DNA of 64,000 nucleotides. Source: Escherichia phage CJ20. The stretch lies in the sequence record MT533174.1; one strand, 5' to 3'. How positions within the stretch are numbered: the first letter of the stretch is position 1; each line of letters starts with the position of its first letter. This document shows positions 28,161 to 41,301 of this stretch, piece after piece. Both the position numbers and the translations under genes were made by a program. Below the pieces are notes generated by a model. It had not been told where the DNA came from. It worked only from the letters and a program-made list of their open reading frames with translations, and did no database searches.

Positions 28161-28190
28161 GAAAGGGACCTCAAGGGTCCCTTTTTATTT
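28161..28190. terminator. Bidirectional terminator between ORF 27873 (+) and gene 23 (-)
   Basis: GAAAGGGACCtcaaGGGTCCCTTTTTATTT with A-rich 5' flank. Confidence 0.6.
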
Positions 28191-28204
28191 AACTTAATCT
28201 AAGA

Positions 28205-29764
28205 TTAAATTCCCTTAACATATACACGTCTAAAGTAACCGTTCAAGCCGAGGCTGTTAACGATGTCCGGCATACCGTTTTGAATACGCTTGGTCGGAGC
28301 CTGAGCTGCCGGGTCAGCGAACGGGTTAATACCGATACCGTAACGGGTTTTGAAGCCCATAACCGGCTGGAAGTTTTTCGGGTCAGAGCCACGCAGCGGG
28401 GTCAGTGCAACATATGGTGCGTAGTAGATACCAGCATCCATTTCGTTAGCGCCTTTGTAACCGATGGTGAAGTAATCTGCGCGAGCATACTGGTCGATGT
28501 AGACACGGTATTTGCCACCCAGAACACCAGCGAACACAGCTTTAGTGGTGTCAACGTTGAAACCTTTACCCAGACCCTGAGCAGCATAAGATACGGAGGT
28601 ATCAACTGCAGCCAGTACGTTAACTACGTTACGGGAAGCGATGATGAAGTTACCTGCACCACGACCGGTCTGACGAGCGATTTCAGCGGCTTCTTTATCA
28701 ATCTGGAACAGTAAAGCTTTGAAGCTTTCACCAGCCCAACGAGCACCACGGATATCAATCGGGTCCTGGAAGTCAAACACACCAGCTTTAGCGCCAACGG
28801 TGTTGGTCATACCAGATTTACCAACCTGAGCGGAGTAGTTAATCCAATCGATAACTTCACGGTTGATTTCCAGCATAATTTCGGTAGCCAGAATACCACT
28901 CAATTCGGCATCAGCATCCATACCATGAACAGCGCGCAGGTCCTGTGCCAGTTCGATGGAGTAGCTTGCTTTCAGCTGACGGGATTTAGCTTCGATAACT
29001 TGTTTATCGATACGGAAGCCCATTTCGTTCCACGGGTTATCAGTAGAACCGTTAAAGCCTTCCTGCAATTCGGCGATAGAAGTAGCCATACCTTCAGCGA
29101 TTTCTGCCAACTTACCAGCTTCGAGCAGTTTGGTAACTTCAGCGTCAAGTTTAGCAGCATCAGTAGCACCAGCATCAACGGTTACAGCTTCAACAGCCTG
29201 GTAGTGTGCAGAACCGGTTGCTTCGAAGAAGTGAGAATAAATTTTACCAACAGTAAGCAGTTTGCCTGCAGCCAGTGCTTCGAAAGTTTTAGCAGCGCCC
29301 TGACCAGAGAACATAGCGTTCGGAGCATACATCGGGTGGAAAGCTTCTTTAGCACCAGATGCAACAGGGTCTTTACCGTAAACTGCACGCAGGGCAAATA
29401 CCTGGCCAGTTGGGTTGTTCAGAGGCTGTACGCCACAAATATCAAACGCAATCAGATGCGGGATAGCACGACGAACCATACCCATAACTGCCGGCCCAAT
29501 CTGAGTTACTGCACCAGAGGTCTGGCCAGCAGCGATATTGGTAGCATCATAACCATGGTCACCACCGATTTCAGCTTCAGTCAGGAAAGAACCAAATGCT
29601 TCGGAGATTTTTTCGTCACGGTATTCAGGAGCGGTCAGGATATCTTGTTCCTGGTTTTCAAAGATTTTAGCGATGATAGCTTGTTTAGAAGCACCAACGA
29701 TTTCAGGAAGAGCTTCGTTTTCCAGCAGAGCGGACCATTTTTGAACTAATGCATTCTTTTTCAT
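28205..29764 (-). CDS. 23: Major capsid protein
   Basis: 519 aa; very high similarity to recalled T4 gp23 over most of its length (SKQAIIAKIFENQE, GQTSGAVTQIGPAVMGMVRRAIP, NPWNEMGFRIDKQVIEAKSRQLKA, YFRRVYVKGI). Confidence 0.96.
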   Translation of the reverse strand: MKKNALVQKWSALLENEALPEIVGASKQAIIAKIFENQEQDILTAPEYRDEKISEAFGSFLTEAEIGGDHGYDATNIAAGQTSGAVTQIGPAVMGMVRRAIPHLIAFDICGVQPLNNPTGQVFALRAVYGKDPVASGAKEAFHPMYAPNAMFSGQGAAKTFEALAAGKLLTVGKIYSHFFEATGSAHYQAVEAVTVDAGATDAAKLDAEVTKLLEAGKLAEIAEGMATSIAELQEGFNGSTDNPWNEMGFRIDKQVIEAKSRQLKASYSIELAQDLRAVHGMDADAELSGILATEIMLEINREVIDWINYSAQVGKSGMTNTVGAKAGVFDFQDPIDIRGARWAGESFKALLFQIDKEAAEIARQTGRGAGNFIIASRNVVNVLAAVDTSVSYAAQGLGKGFNVDTTKAVFAGVLGGKYRVYIDQYARADYFTIGYKGANEMDAGIYYAPYVALTPLRGSDPKNFQPVMGFKTRYGIGINPFADPAAQAPTKRIQNGMPDIVNSLGLNGYFRRVYVKGI

Positions 29765-29785
29765 GTGTTGTATAACCTTATTAAA

Positions 29786-30604
29786 TTAAGAAATTCGTGA
29801 TGCTGCGAGAGCAGACAAGTCCGCGAAGGACAGGGTAGGCTTGGCGCCTTTTTCTTCAACTGCTTCTGAGATGTAATTCAGTGCCGCAGCATCGTCTACA
29901 GAATTATTTATAGCTGCTTCGGTGATAGGTTTTTCGGCGGTGTCTACCTGACCTTTAACCATTTCAACGATAGCGCCAATTTTGGTACCGAACGCATCGG
30001 AATAATCCATACCTTCTACCAGAGAACCAACTTTTTCTTTCTGAGATTCGGTCAGGTCTTTGGTCGCTTCAGTCAACGCAACTTCACGTTGGACATAATT
30101 GATATAAGCATCACGCTTAGCAACTTCTTCGAACAGATTAGCGGTTTCTTCTTTCTGTTCAGCCAGTTCTTCCTGCATTTCTGCAACAACATCAACAGAT
30201 TCTTCTGGAACAACAACGTTGTGCTCAACGAACAGTTCTTTCATGCCAGTAAACATGGATTCGAACAGGTCAGCTTTAATGCCACGGTCGACAGCCAGTT
30301 TGTTTTCAGCAAGCCATTCTTTAGCAACGTGGTCCAGGAATTTAGCTGCAGATTCTTTCAGTTTTTTCTCTGCTTTTTCGTCGGATTCTTCTTTATTCTT
30401 TTCGACTTCTTCTTCAGCTTTTTCAGCAATTTTCTGAATGTGAGATTCTGCCAGTTTGATGGCGTGTTGCTTGACGGTAGCTTCGAATACAGTGCCGAAG
30501 GTAGCTTTCGCTTCCGGGGACAAATTAACTGATTCGAAAATACTATCGAGAGCAACGGAAGCATCGATGTTTTGAGCTTCAGAAATGAGTTGTTCTTTAA
30601 GCAT
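29786..30604 (-). CDS. 22: Prohead core scaffold protein
   Basis: 272 aa, acidic coiled-coil protein between 21 and 23; TATAAATA on - strand at 30634-30641. Confidence 0.85.
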   Translation of the reverse strand: MLKEQLISEAQNIDASVALDSIFESVNLSPEAKATFGTVFEATVKQHAIKLAESHIQKIAEKAEEEVEKNKEESDEKAEKKLKESAAKFLDHVAKEWLAENKLAVDRGIKADLFESMFTGMKELFVEHNVVVPEESVDVVAEMQEELAEQKEETANLFEEVAKRDAYINYVQREVALTEATKDLTESQKEKVGSLVEGMDYSDAFGTKIGAIVEMVKGQVDTAEKPITEAAINNSVDDAAALNYISEAVEEKGAKPTLSFADLSALAASRIS

Positions 30605-30633
30605 TTTGTAGTCCTGTTGTTAAGATATACATT

Positions 30634-30641
30634 TATTTATA
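30634..30641 (-). promoter_or_regulatory. Late promoter core TATAAATA upstream of gene 22
   Basis: Octamer on - strand. Confidence 0.45.
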
Positions 30642-31275
30642 ACGTCTTTAAAGCCTCTGCGAGAGCCATAAAGGCGTCATCGGCACTGGTATCGGCTTCC
30701 GCCGTTTGTGATTCTGTAATCTGCTTTGGTTTGACCCAAGCGTCCGGAGCACTTGGCCCCCATACTGCGTCTACTCCAACCGTCAATTTAAAACCTTCAT
30801 TAACGATGCTATAACCTTTTGCTGATTTAGTCAGGGAACCAAGTCCACGACTAGATACGCCAGGAATCCAACCTGCTCTTATATTCGCAGCAAGTTTATC
30901 ACCTGGACCATGGTCGCCTTCGATAATACGCGCGCGGCCATATACATCATTCCCTTTCCACCACATTTCCTCGATAATAATTGCTGCCTGCATAGGGTCA
31001 ACGTTTGCGCGAGGTGGATGGTTTAATTCTCCAAGAGACTGCTTGGTTTCAACCTGTTCGGCGATATAGTCCGCAACGGCTTTTTCCAAAATATGTTTAG
31101 GATAAAGTCGTTTATTACGGTTAACAACTTCAGCTTGTAGGAAAATACCTTCAATATAAAGTCCTGGCTTTAAACCGCTGCTGGAACCATCATGAGATTC
31201 CAACATCGGTACACCATCTTTAATTTCGCCCGGTTGACCCCAGTGTTCGATTAGTAACTCTGGTTTCTGTTCCAT
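30637..31275 (-). CDS. 21: Prohead core protease
   Basis: 212 aa (same length as T4 gp21); conserved position. Confidence 0.88.
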   Translation of the reverse strand: MEQKPELLIEHWGQPGEIKDGVPMLESHDGSSSGLKPGLYIEGIFLQAEVVNRNKRLYPKHILEKAVADYIAEQVETKQSLGELNHPPRANVDPMQAAIIIEEMWWKGNDVYGRARIIEGDHGPGDKLAANIRAGWIPGVSSRGLGSLTKSAKGYSIVNEGFKLTVGVDAVWGPSAPDAWVKPKQITESQTAEADTSADDAFMALAEALKTL

Positions 31276-31703
31276 TAATCAAGTCCGAATGCTTTACGCT
31301 TAGCTCGAGCTTTTTTGCGCTTGCGCTCTGCTCTGATTTGCGTAGATGGGTTTGCTCTTTTCGTTTTAGTAGCCAGACGGGCAATTTGACGACGTTTAGC
31401 TTTAGAAAGACCAGTTGTTTGGAAAGCATTACGCTTACGAGTAGCTCGGTCTTTTGTGCGGGTTAACTCACCGCGAGACGATACATGTTTAACGATAAAT
31501 TCGTTAAGCTGAACACCTTCATTCAGAGCGCCGATAACCGTTGCTTTTTCGTATTCACCGGCTGCAAACATGTTTTCTACAATAATATTTATATCGTCTT
31601 TTTCTAAGGCTTCAGATAATGAATCAAATTGTCCCTGAGCTTCTTCGGAAACACTTTCGATGTTTTCAAGAGTTAATTCGTAATCATCAGGGATAATAAA
31701 CAT
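31275..31703 (-). CDS. 68: Prohead core protein
   Basis: 142 aa, basic C-terminus, position between 67 and 21. Confidence 0.7.
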   Translation of the reverse strand: MFIIPDDYELTLENIESVSEEAQGQFDSLSEALEKDDINIIVENMFAAGEYEKATVIGALNEGVQLNEFIVKHVSSRGELTRTKDRATRKRNAFQTTGLSKAKRRQIARLATKTKRANPSTQIRAERKRKKARAKRKAFGLD

Positions 31704-31963
31704 TATTCATCGTCCTCATCATCATCATCGTCGCCTTCGTCAGCGTCATCAGATTCTTTTTTGTCTTTCTTTTCTGCTTTACCGTCGTCCTTGCCTTCAT
31801 CTTCATCTTCTTTAGGCTCTTCGCCTTCAATCATGATGGAACGTGCAATTTCAATCTTACGTTCTTCAATCAAACTACCGCATACTGGGCCAATGTTTTC
31901 AGCAAAATATTTGCGAACGGCTACGAGGTCGTTTGATTTAATGGCTTCAAATAAATCATCCAT
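31703..31963 (-). CDS. 67: Prohead core protein
   Basis: 86 aa with highly acidic C-terminus, position between 20 and 68. Confidence 0.65.
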   Translation of the reverse strand: MDDLFEAIKSNDLVAVRKYFAENIGPVCGSLIEERKIEIARSIMIEGEEPKEDEDEGKDDGKAEKKDKKESDDADEGDDDDDEDDE

Positions 31964-33537
31964 TAGAAATCCTCTTCTTCTTCTTCAGGGTTTTGGAAAC
32001 GAGCCTCTTTGGACTCCAATTCAATTTGCTTAGCTTCTTGATTAATTTCTTCATCAGACATCTGGAGGAAATCCTTCATAGCCGTTTGATGCGAAATATA
32101 TTTACCGATAAACGGTTCAGCCATCGTTAGCATATTGATTCTGCGTTCCATGATTTCTGCATCTTTCATTTCGGTGAAATAGCTATCACGGTTGAACGTA
32201 ACTTTAATATTATTTAGTTCCTTGTCCCATTCCTCTTCTGAAATAACTTTTTTCAGGATAAGGTTTGTTTTAAGCGGGTCGAGGAAAACTTCTTCAAATT
32301 TATTCTGTAGCTGCCTAATCCATTTAGCGAAATTCAATTCATCACGAGTAATTGTCGCGCCTGCATCAAACATAACGCCACTGTTTTGGTCATTAGGGAT
32401 ACGAGATAATGGAATTCGGAGAGCCTGATATAGGTTGTTCTTAAACCAACGAACATCGTCCATATCCGACATGCCTTGTGCACCCGGGAGTGTATCAACT
32501 TCAGTGACTGCTTTACCATCACGACGTTGCAACCAATAGTCTTCTGTCATTGACATGTTGTGCTGTTGGTTTTTGATTTTACCCGTGGTTGCATCATATA
32601 CGACACGGTTTTTCATCGTGTTCATAATATGTTGCATATGTGCTGCTGCTTTACGAGACGGCATATTCCCGGTATCGATATAAAAGACTCGGCGGTCTGG
32701 AGCACGAGTTATACGATAAATGACTAAAGCATCTTCTAATAGTTTTAATTGGTTTGCAGGTTTAATTGCTCGTTGCAAGTATCCGATGATATTCTTGCCA
32801 CAACAATCGAGTAATCCAGAATGCGCATATACAATCGCCGCGCGAGGAATTTTTATTTTAGTACCTGCTTCATATATACGACCATCGGCACAATAACTTT
32901 CATGGCCAGTATCGTATACAAAATATTCTCTGTAACCGTCGACAATTTTTGTACCATTTTCCATGCGTGTAACGATTTCACGGATGAACTGGATTTGTCT
33001 TGGGTCAAGGCGACGAAGTTCTTGAACTCCATCTTTAAGTTTTGATGGGTTGATAATTTTGTGGAAGAAAATTCGAGAATCCACATACCAACGTTTAAAA
33101 TGGTCAGAACCTTTACGCTCGAAATTAAGGAGGTTATTGACTTCCAAAAATTCTTCGAGGATTCGGTCTTTAATTTTCTGACTAAATTCGGTAGCATCAA
33201 GGTTAAGAGATACAACATCTTTACCGTCTTCAAAAACGATAGCATCAGACACAATTTCTTGCACCGCGTTATCAACTTCATAATTATTTAGTAGGTTGCG
33301 GTAAGTGTCAATTAATTCCCTGGTATTTTTTACTTCAGGTTCATTGCTCCCGAACATCTGTTGCATCAATGCATTATACGGGACGTTTTGTTCTTGTGAC
33401 TCAATTTCGCGAGCCCCATCATCAAACTTCGGCCCGGTCATTGACTCTAAATTATTTTTTTCTTGTTGCTTATATTCTTGTTCATCTTCTTTAGCCCAAG
33501 GCTTAAGAAAATTTAGTATTGTGTTAAAACCTGCCAT
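31963..33537 (-). CDS. 20: Portal vertex protein
   Basis: 524 aa (same length as T4 gp20); synteny; TATAAATA on - strand at 33586-33593. Confidence 0.92.
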   Translation of the reverse strand: MAGFNTILNFLKPWAKEDEQEYKQQEKNNLESMTGPKFDDGAREIESQEQNVPYNALMQQMFGSNEPEVKNTRELIDTYRNLLNNYEVDNAVQEIVSDAIVFEDGKDVVSLNLDATEFSQKIKDRILEEFLEVNNLLNFERKGSDHFKRWYVDSRIFFHKIINPSKLKDGVQELRRLDPRQIQFIREIVTRMENGTKIVDGYREYFVYDTGHESYCADGRIYEAGTKIKIPRAAIVYAHSGLLDCCGKNIIGYLQRAIKPANQLKLLEDALVIYRITRAPDRRVFYIDTGNMPSRKAAAHMQHIMNTMKNRVVYDATTGKIKNQQHNMSMTEDYWLQRRDGKAVTEVDTLPGAQGMSDMDDVRWFKNNLYQALRIPLSRIPNDQNSGVMFDAGATITRDELNFAKWIRQLQNKFEEVFLDPLKTNLILKKVISEEEWDKELNNIKVTFNRDSYFTEMKDAEIMERRINMLTMAEPFIGKYISHQTAMKDFLQMSDEEINQEAKQIELESKEARFQNPEEEEEDF

Positions 33538-33585
33538 TAGAGTCTCCGAAGTTTGGGAAATGAGGCCGAAGCCTCATAATAACTT

Positions 33586-33593
33586 TATTTATA
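33586..33593 (-). promoter_or_regulatory. Late promoter core TATAAATA upstream of gene 20
   Basis: Octamer on - strand between gp19 stop and gp20 start; hairpin GAGGCcgaaGCCTC at 33562-33575 lies in the leader. Confidence 0.45.
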
Positions 33594-33594
33594 C

Positions 33595-34086
33595 TTATTC
33601 CCACCAGTCAATTGCGAACGTTGCTTCGAACGTTTCAATTTCGTTGTTCGAATCCCAATCCATCTGGACTTCCCCAACGTTGGTTGGCCACATGCCGGTA
33701 ATAACAACTTCTTTCGTAACAGTTTTGCCATCACGATGGAACTGGCGGACAGTAGCAGTTTTCTTATAATCAGCAGGAGCTGCACCGGTAATTTCGTTAG
33801 TCATACCGTGACACAGATTTTGCCAATCAACAATTGCTTGACGAACTTTATGAGCATCGTCGTTATAAATCGTAATAGTCCAGTCATCAAATGTACGGTC
33901 ACCCGCTACGTTGATTTTACGGTTCATGTAACCGACCGGAACTTTTTCTACAATGCCTGCTGGCATCGGGGCTGCTTTACAATGGAAAGCAAAGTTTTTA
34001 CCCAGGAATGGGATTTCGACTTCGAACAGGTTAGGGCGAGCAAAGTCGCCGGATTCGAAAGCGCGTGTGATATCGGTCAACTCCAT
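33595..34086 (-). CDS. 19: Tail tube protein
   Basis: 163 aa from internal ATG 34086 (SD AAGAGGA); matches recalled T4 gp19 start (TRAFESGDFARPNLFxVEI...TFEATFAIDWWE); track start 34137 gives an unsupported extension. Confidence 0.9.
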   Translation of the reverse strand: MELTDITRAFESGDFARPNLFEVEIPFLGKNFAFHCKAAPMPAGIVEKVPVGYMNRKINVAGDRTFDDWTITIYNDDAHKVRQAIVDWQNLCHGMTNEITGAAPADYKKTATVRQFHRDGKTVTKEVVITGMWPTNVGEVQMDWDSNNEIETFEATFAIDWWE

Positions 34087-34138
34087 TAAGGAATCCTCTT
34101 TATAGACACAGGTCGCGCGAACGCGTCCCTGATGCATG

Positions 34139-34146
34139 TATTTATA
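34139..34146 (-). promoter_or_regulatory. Late promoter core TATAAATA upstream of gene 19
   Basis: Octamer on - strand about 53 nt upstream of the homology-supported gp19 ATG. Confidence 0.45.
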
Positions 34147-34204
34147 CTAGGTAATATGATTCATCATCTCAAGATAATGGCTTCCCAGAATCAACCACAG
34201 GAGT

Positions 34205-34255
34205 CCGTAGAACCGATTATGCTTTTATTTATAACACTGTATAATGGTTCTACGG
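34205..34255. promoter_or_regulatory. Palindromic element: MotA-box/TATAAT motif on + strand, TATAAATA on - strand (34226-34233), enclosed by 10-bp inverted repeat
   Basis: CCGTAGAACC (34205-34214) / GGTTCTACGG (34246-34255); TGCTTTTA 34220-34227 and TATAAT 34240-34245 on +. Confidence 0.4.
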
Positions 34256-34290
34256 TTTCTAACTGATTAATTCATTCTAAGCGATGATAA

Positions 34291-36270
34291 TTATTGTGGT
34301 CCAATCAACTCATCGAAATCAGCACCCGTGCTTGTTGCCACGAAGTTAAGAGTGATGTAGTTGATGCTGCGCGCAGGTTTGAAATAAATGCTAGCAACAA
34401 ACTCATTTCGGTCTATGACCGACGGGGTGTTGTTAGTAGTATCACAAACCACACGACCTTCATAAATGCCACCGAGCGCACGAATACCATCTAAGTATTG
34501 AGAAGTTTCCATACGGAATGATGCGCGAGTAAAGTTATCGTTAAGCTCAAACAGTTTATATTTGGATGCGTCACCGATATTTTTCTTCAGCATATTCGTA
34601 AGACGGCGAACGTTGATATGGTCCATCGGAGATGGAACTTTAGTTGCAGTCTTATCACCATACAGAACAAAACCATCACCACCTGCGAAACCAACAACCG
34701 GGTTGATAGCTTCCTGATACATGCGGTCACGTTGGGTCTGACGTGGTTCAACAGCCAATTTCAGAACATTCAGAATCTGACCACGGTTATAGCCGGCCGG
34801 AGACATCCAAGGCTGAGAAACATCATCAGTACGAGCACACAGACCAGCCATATCAGCTGCCAGAGGAACCCAACGGTTAACGTCGTTATATTTATCATAC
34901 TGATATTTATAGTTGCCATCAATCGCTGCATAAGTCGTGCTGATATTCATGTTATCAGTATCAAATGCACCACTACCTGTACGCCAGTCAATCAGGTTAT
35001 CCACTGCACGGGTCAGAGGAACGTTAACCAACAGACCTTTCGGCGGAGAGATAAATGCCAAGCAATCCTGACGTTCGTCAGCGATAGAAACTACGTGCTT
35101 CTGAACAGTGGAAGCGGTTGCATCACCTTCACCAGCACAAGCACCAGCGATAAGCAGGTTAATATGTAGTGCTTCACGGTCAGCAAACAGGTCCCAACCT
35201 TGCATCAAATCACCAGCGGTAACTTGGTCGTTTGCAGAAATACCGCCCATCAGATTGATGATGCCTGCAAAACCTTTTGGCCAGTTCAGAGAAGTTGCAT
35301 AGATGTAATTGGAAGTACCTTTTGCAAAGTAGTCATCCAGATAAATGTTGTTGCCGTAAACGTCTTTATCGCCTTCTTTAGTTGACAGAACAACGTTTTC
35401 AACGATAGCACCATCACGGCGAACGATGATTGCATACTGGTCATCAGACTGTGGACCATAGTTAAACACCGCACGAGCTACAGAAGCACGGGAACCACCA
35501 TTTGGATAGATGTCAAGCATCTTCGAAGCGCCAGCATCATAAGCAGCTTTGGAAACGATTTCAACTTCGAGAGTCGAGCCGATTTCACCAGGATAAAGAG
35601 CAACAACACCTGGCATTGCATATTTCTGCAGGGAAGCCTGGAATTCCAGAGAGGTAATAGCTTCTTCACTATTTTCCGCTTCAGTCAACAGGATACCAGA
35701 ATCGGTAACAATTTTCCCGATGGTAATCGTACCAGACACACCTGAAGAAGTGGTCAGGATTTCAGCAGTCCAAGCCGGGCCTAAAGCAGGATACTGGTTT
35801 ACAGATTTTGCAAAGGCAATAATTTTGTCAGACGGAATGAAGACCGCAAGGATTTTCCCGTCAACGTCTACCTTGGTGATACGGCCGGCGGTTTCAACAA
35901 CAGTCTGGTTGTGTTTAACCTGGATAACGTCACCGACTGCATAGTTAGAACCAGCTGTAGCGATTGTACTTTCGATGTTCCCTGCTACCGGGGATGCGTT
36001 TTTAGCGTGGTCGCGGTTAACTACACGAACAGTACGCAGGTCATTACCATATTGAAGGAAGTTCATTCCACTCATAAAGTAGTCAGCCGTGATATTGTTC
36101 GGGCCACCAAACAAATCAACAAGTTCTACTTCGTTTGTAATCTGAGTTACCTGGAAAGCTGGGCCCCACTGGAATTTACCAACCAGCGCCGCACGACCCG
36201 TCGCGTTACGAACAACAGTGCTTTGGACCGTTGTTTCTTTGAGCTCAATGCCCGGGGATAATAAAGCCAT
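34291..36270 (-). CDS. 18: Tail sheath protein
   Basis: 659 aa (same length as T4 gp18); TATAAATA on - strand at 36300-36307. Confidence 0.93.
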   Translation of the reverse strand: MALLSPGIELKETTVQSTVVRNATGRAALVGKFQWGPAFQVTQITNEVELVDLFGGPNNITADYFMSGMNFLQYGNDLRTVRVVNRDHAKNASPVAGNIESTIATAGSNYAVGDVIQVKHNQTVVETAGRITKVDVDGKILAVFIPSDKIIAFAKSVNQYPALGPAWTAEILTTSSGVSGTITIGKIVTDSGILLTEAENSEEAITSLEFQASLQKYAMPGVVALYPGEIGSTLEVEIVSKAAYDAGASKMLDIYPNGGSRASVARAVFNYGPQSDDQYAIIVRRDGAIVENVVLSTKEGDKDVYGNNIYLDDYFAKGTSNYIYATSLNWPKGFAGIINLMGGISANDQVTAGDLMQGWDLFADREALHINLLIAGACAGEGDATASTVQKHVVSIADERQDCLAFISPPKGLLVNVPLTRAVDNLIDWRTGSGAFDTDNMNISTTYAAIDGNYKYQYDKYNDVNRWVPLAADMAGLCARTDDVSQPWMSPAGYNRGQILNVLKLAVEPRQTQRDRMYQEAINPVVGFAGGDGFVLYGDKTATKVPSPMDHINVRRLTNMLKKNIGDASKYKLFELNDNFTRASFRMETSQYLDGIRALGGIYEGRVVCDTTNNTPSVIDRNEFVASIYFKPARSINYITLNFVATSTGADFDELIGPQ

Positions 36271-36299
36271 TTTGAGTCCTCTAATAGTTTGCTTTACTT

Positions 36300-38606
<2,307 letters not shown>

Positions 38607-38610
<4 letters not shown>

Positions 38611-39482
38611 AATGATACCCTATTTTTTCTTGGCGCTGGAGGTGCTGGGTCAACCGGTACAGGAATATCCTGCGAGTATGTTTGAACGGATTCACCTTGC
38701 CAGTCTTCTTGGTCGACATCTCGCGGAACGGCTTCCGAGTCAACAGATTCGAAATTACCTTCCGGCGCAAGCTCTCTGGAATTTGCAAAGAAGTCAAGAT
38801 AGATAGTACGGATTTCTCCGGCCACTTCTTTAACCGGTGGATATAGCCAACCGTTGACTTCGAACATAATGGACCATTCAAGTCTACGACGGGTCATTGC
38901 ATCACCTTCAATTTGCTCATCCATAGCAATGGACTGAAGCACGATTCTTATATCACGTTCGAATGTAATTTCATTCGTGTAGAGTTCGGTGATAGTTGTA
39001 TTAAAATGTGGCTGGAAGTAAGGCATGATTTGTTCGATAATCTGGAACATATCATCTTGATGCCTTGTATATATTCCAAGCTCAAAAATCATTTTGACCG
39101 GCACCGGAGAATATTGAGATATCTGCTTGCGAGGGTCGTTATTAGCAAATCGCGCCTGTGTGTGATTCTGGAGAGCCGTTTTATATTGCCCGTTATACAT
39201 CAAGTCAACAAGATGTAAGTTCATACGGGGCAGTACGGTCTCGATTTTAGCCTTCTGAGCAGCACGTTCTTGTGGTGACATGTCAGGAGTCGGTGTATTC
39301 TGAATTGCGGTCCATTTTCCAAGCTGCATCATGAATTTTTCTTTTGATGCGTAGGAAATAGGGACCTTAATATATTTAAGTCCAGTGTCTTCTCTGGTTC
39401 TGGCCACTTGTACATGGGAAAATAAATCGCCCATTAAAACGATATAGCGACGCAGAGACGAATTATAAAAATGCCCAAACAA
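38607..39482 (-). CDS. 15: Tail sheath stabiliser / tail completion protein
   Basis: 291 aa between gp14 and gp16. Confidence 0.8.
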
Positions 39483-39525
39483 AGTAACCTCCGGGCGCCC
39501 AGTTCGGGCGCATTAATAAATGTAT

Positions 39526-40311
39526 TTATTCATCAAAGAAACTATCGTCAAAGCTATCCTGTTTTGCCTTAGGCGGTGACTCAAGCCCACGACCATTCTG
39601 CACAAAATATGGTTTAACATATTCAGCTGCTTCTGCGTTAATCTCATCAGATTCTGCATAAGGAATATCACTGATATCTGTAAGGCCATCGATATTGTGG
39701 ATTGGTTGCAAATCGAGCTCACTGAATTCTGGAATATTAATACCTTCATTTCGTTGCAATTCGGGTTTAAGCTCTTCTCCGGAGTAAATGTATTTGCTCG
39801 CGGTGATTTTACGGATGGCGTTTTGACCTACCTGATAGAACGGGTCATAAGGCTGTACCCAGGTTATTTCGAACAGACTGTTATCGAGAGGGAAATAAAT
39901 CAAATCCCCTGCAATAGGTTCGGTGCCGTTGCATTGATGTTTAAACAGATTAGGGTTAATCGACACTGTGATTTCATCATTCACAGTCATACCAAATTTA
40001 CTGAAGATGGAACCATCACCCTGATAAGCATCGAACGTATCCAGATAACCAGCAAATTTCCATGCTTTATCAAATTTACTCTGGAGGTCTTCACCGAATA
40101 ACAAATCTGGTTTAACGAATTGTCTTGGGATGTAATAGAGAGACATCCCGCGCATCTGAATACTTTCAGCAACAATAGCATCGGCTAAAGTCTGGGTATT
40201 TTCATGATGCATAAAGTTTACATAAGGGTTCAATATCTCTGTAGCATTGGTATTGTCATACCCGGTCCCGTCTTCGAGCCGAGCGAATAAGTTCGCGTCA
40301 TATGTAGCCAT
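39526..40311 (-). CDS. 14: Neck protein
   Basis: 261 aa between gp13 and gp15. Confidence 0.8.
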   Translation of the reverse strand: MATYDANLFARLEDGTGYDNTNATEILNPYVNFMHHENTQTLADAIVAESIQMRGMSLYYIPRQFVKPDLLFGEDLQSKFDKAWKFAGYLDTFDAYQGDGSIFSKFGMTVNDEITVSINPNLFKHQCNGTEPIAGDLIYFPLDNSLFEITWVQPYDPFYQVGQNAIRKITASKYIYSGEELKPELQRNEGINIPEFSELDLQPIHNIDGLTDISDIPYAESDEINAEAAEYVKPYFVQNGRGLESPPKAKQDSFDDSFFDE

Positions 40312-41249
40312 TAGCCCACCAATATAGGAGTCGGTGCATCCAGCAGGTCAAGTTCTTCGCGAAGACGTTCTTTTTCCATACGAGCTTCTTCAATTAAACG
40401 AACACCATCAACCGTGGTACCACCCGGCATCATCATTCCCTGGTGCTTTGCCAATACGTTGCCGTTAACTTCCTTAACAAGCGCCGTGGCATAGTCTTTC
40501 ACCCAACGGTTGTTGTATGCACCATCTTGAAGTCCAAGGTCCTCACCAGCTCTCATGCCGCTTATTCTGCGTGCAGGGTTATCCCACTGCGCACCAGTGT
40601 TCCACGGATTATCACAATCACCAGAAGCATAACCATAACCCGCCGTATTGCTGGCCATTGCATCAACACCATTAAAGGATTTGGTGTAAACTTCAATTAC
40701 AATCACATCTCCCTGGCGGAAGTTGCCCATAATTTTAAGTTGTTCAGTATCGTCATTATACCAGTAATCTGGAAGCGGAACCATCAGGTCTTGCATCATC
40801 GAACGATATTGCATAAGCTGTGTAAAATAACCAAGGTCTGCACCAAAGGCATTTGGGCCAAAGCTATTACAAGAACTCCCCATTCCACCGTTAATCCCGG
40901 CAAGCCCCAGAACGAAATCTGTGAACCATGGGTATGTTGCCTGACCATCCATCGAAGTTAATGAACCGACGTTGGTACGAATAATCTGTGTTACTGCAAA
41001 AATATTACGACCTTTTAAATCGAAAACACCATCACGGAATTTCTGTTGTGAAACTTCATCATGGCCAATATAAAAAGCCTGATAGCCTTTGTTGTAACCA
41101 TTATAATGATATTCACCATATAATTCTAATGCGCGCTGGATACAATCATAAACCTGTTCGGTCGTGACTTCGATATTCGTGATTGGGGCGCCAAGACGAC
41201 GAAGGATTGCATCTTTTAATTGTTTCGGGTTGTATGATTCAGTTGCCAT
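40311..41249 (-). CDS. 13: Neck protein
   Basis: 312 aa; TATAAATA on - strand at 41268-41275. Confidence 0.8.
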   Translation of the reverse strand: MATESYNPKQLKDAILRRLGAPITNIEVTTEQVYDCIQRALELYGEYHYNGYNKGYQAFYIGHDEVSQQKFRDGVFDLKGRNIFAVTQIIRTNVGSLTSMDGQATYPWFTDFVLGLAGINGGMGSSCNSFGPNAFGADLGYFTQLMQYRSMMQDLMVPLPDYWYNDDTEQLKIMGNFRQGDVIVIEVYTKSFNGVDAMASNTAGYGYASGDCDNPWNTGAQWDNPARRISGMRAGEDLGLQDGAYNNRWVKDYATALVKEVNGNVLAKHQGMMMPGGTTVDGVRLIEEARMEKERLREELDLLDAPTPILVG

Positions 41250-41267
41250 ATGTTTTCCTCTTTACTG

Positions 41268-41275
41268 TATTTATA
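41268..41275 (-). promoter_or_regulatory. Late promoter core TATAAATA upstream of gene 13
   Basis: Octamer on - strand between wac terminator and gp13 ATG. Confidence 0.5.
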
Positions 41276-41298
41276 CGAAAAAAGGGCCGAAGCCCTTT
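41276..41298 (-). terminator. Terminator after wac
   Basis: GGGCCgaaGCCC hairpin; T-run on - strand (AAAAA on + at 41276-41283). Confidence 0.55.
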
Positions 41299-41301
41299 TG
41301 T

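Noticed and set aside
28925-29749. 274-aa ORF on the + strand inside major capsid gene 23
   Set aside because: Antisense to a highly conserved gene; Ser/Phe/Cys-rich low-complexity translation typical of shadow frames
34087-34137. N-terminal extension of gp19 (track start at 34137), and similar extensions of uvsY (19328), gp53 (58396), gp3 (59609), gp26 (18258) and ligase (8025, GTG)
   Set aside because: Homology to T4 N-termini and better Shine-Dalgarno sequences support the internal starts; several track starts are GTG or TTG or lie upstream of predicted transcript starts
34618-35169. 183-aa + strand ORF inside tail sheath gene 18, and similar antisense ORFs inside genes 5, 17, 22 and 24
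   Set aside because: All overlap strongly supported structural genes on the other strand and lack ribosome-binding sites
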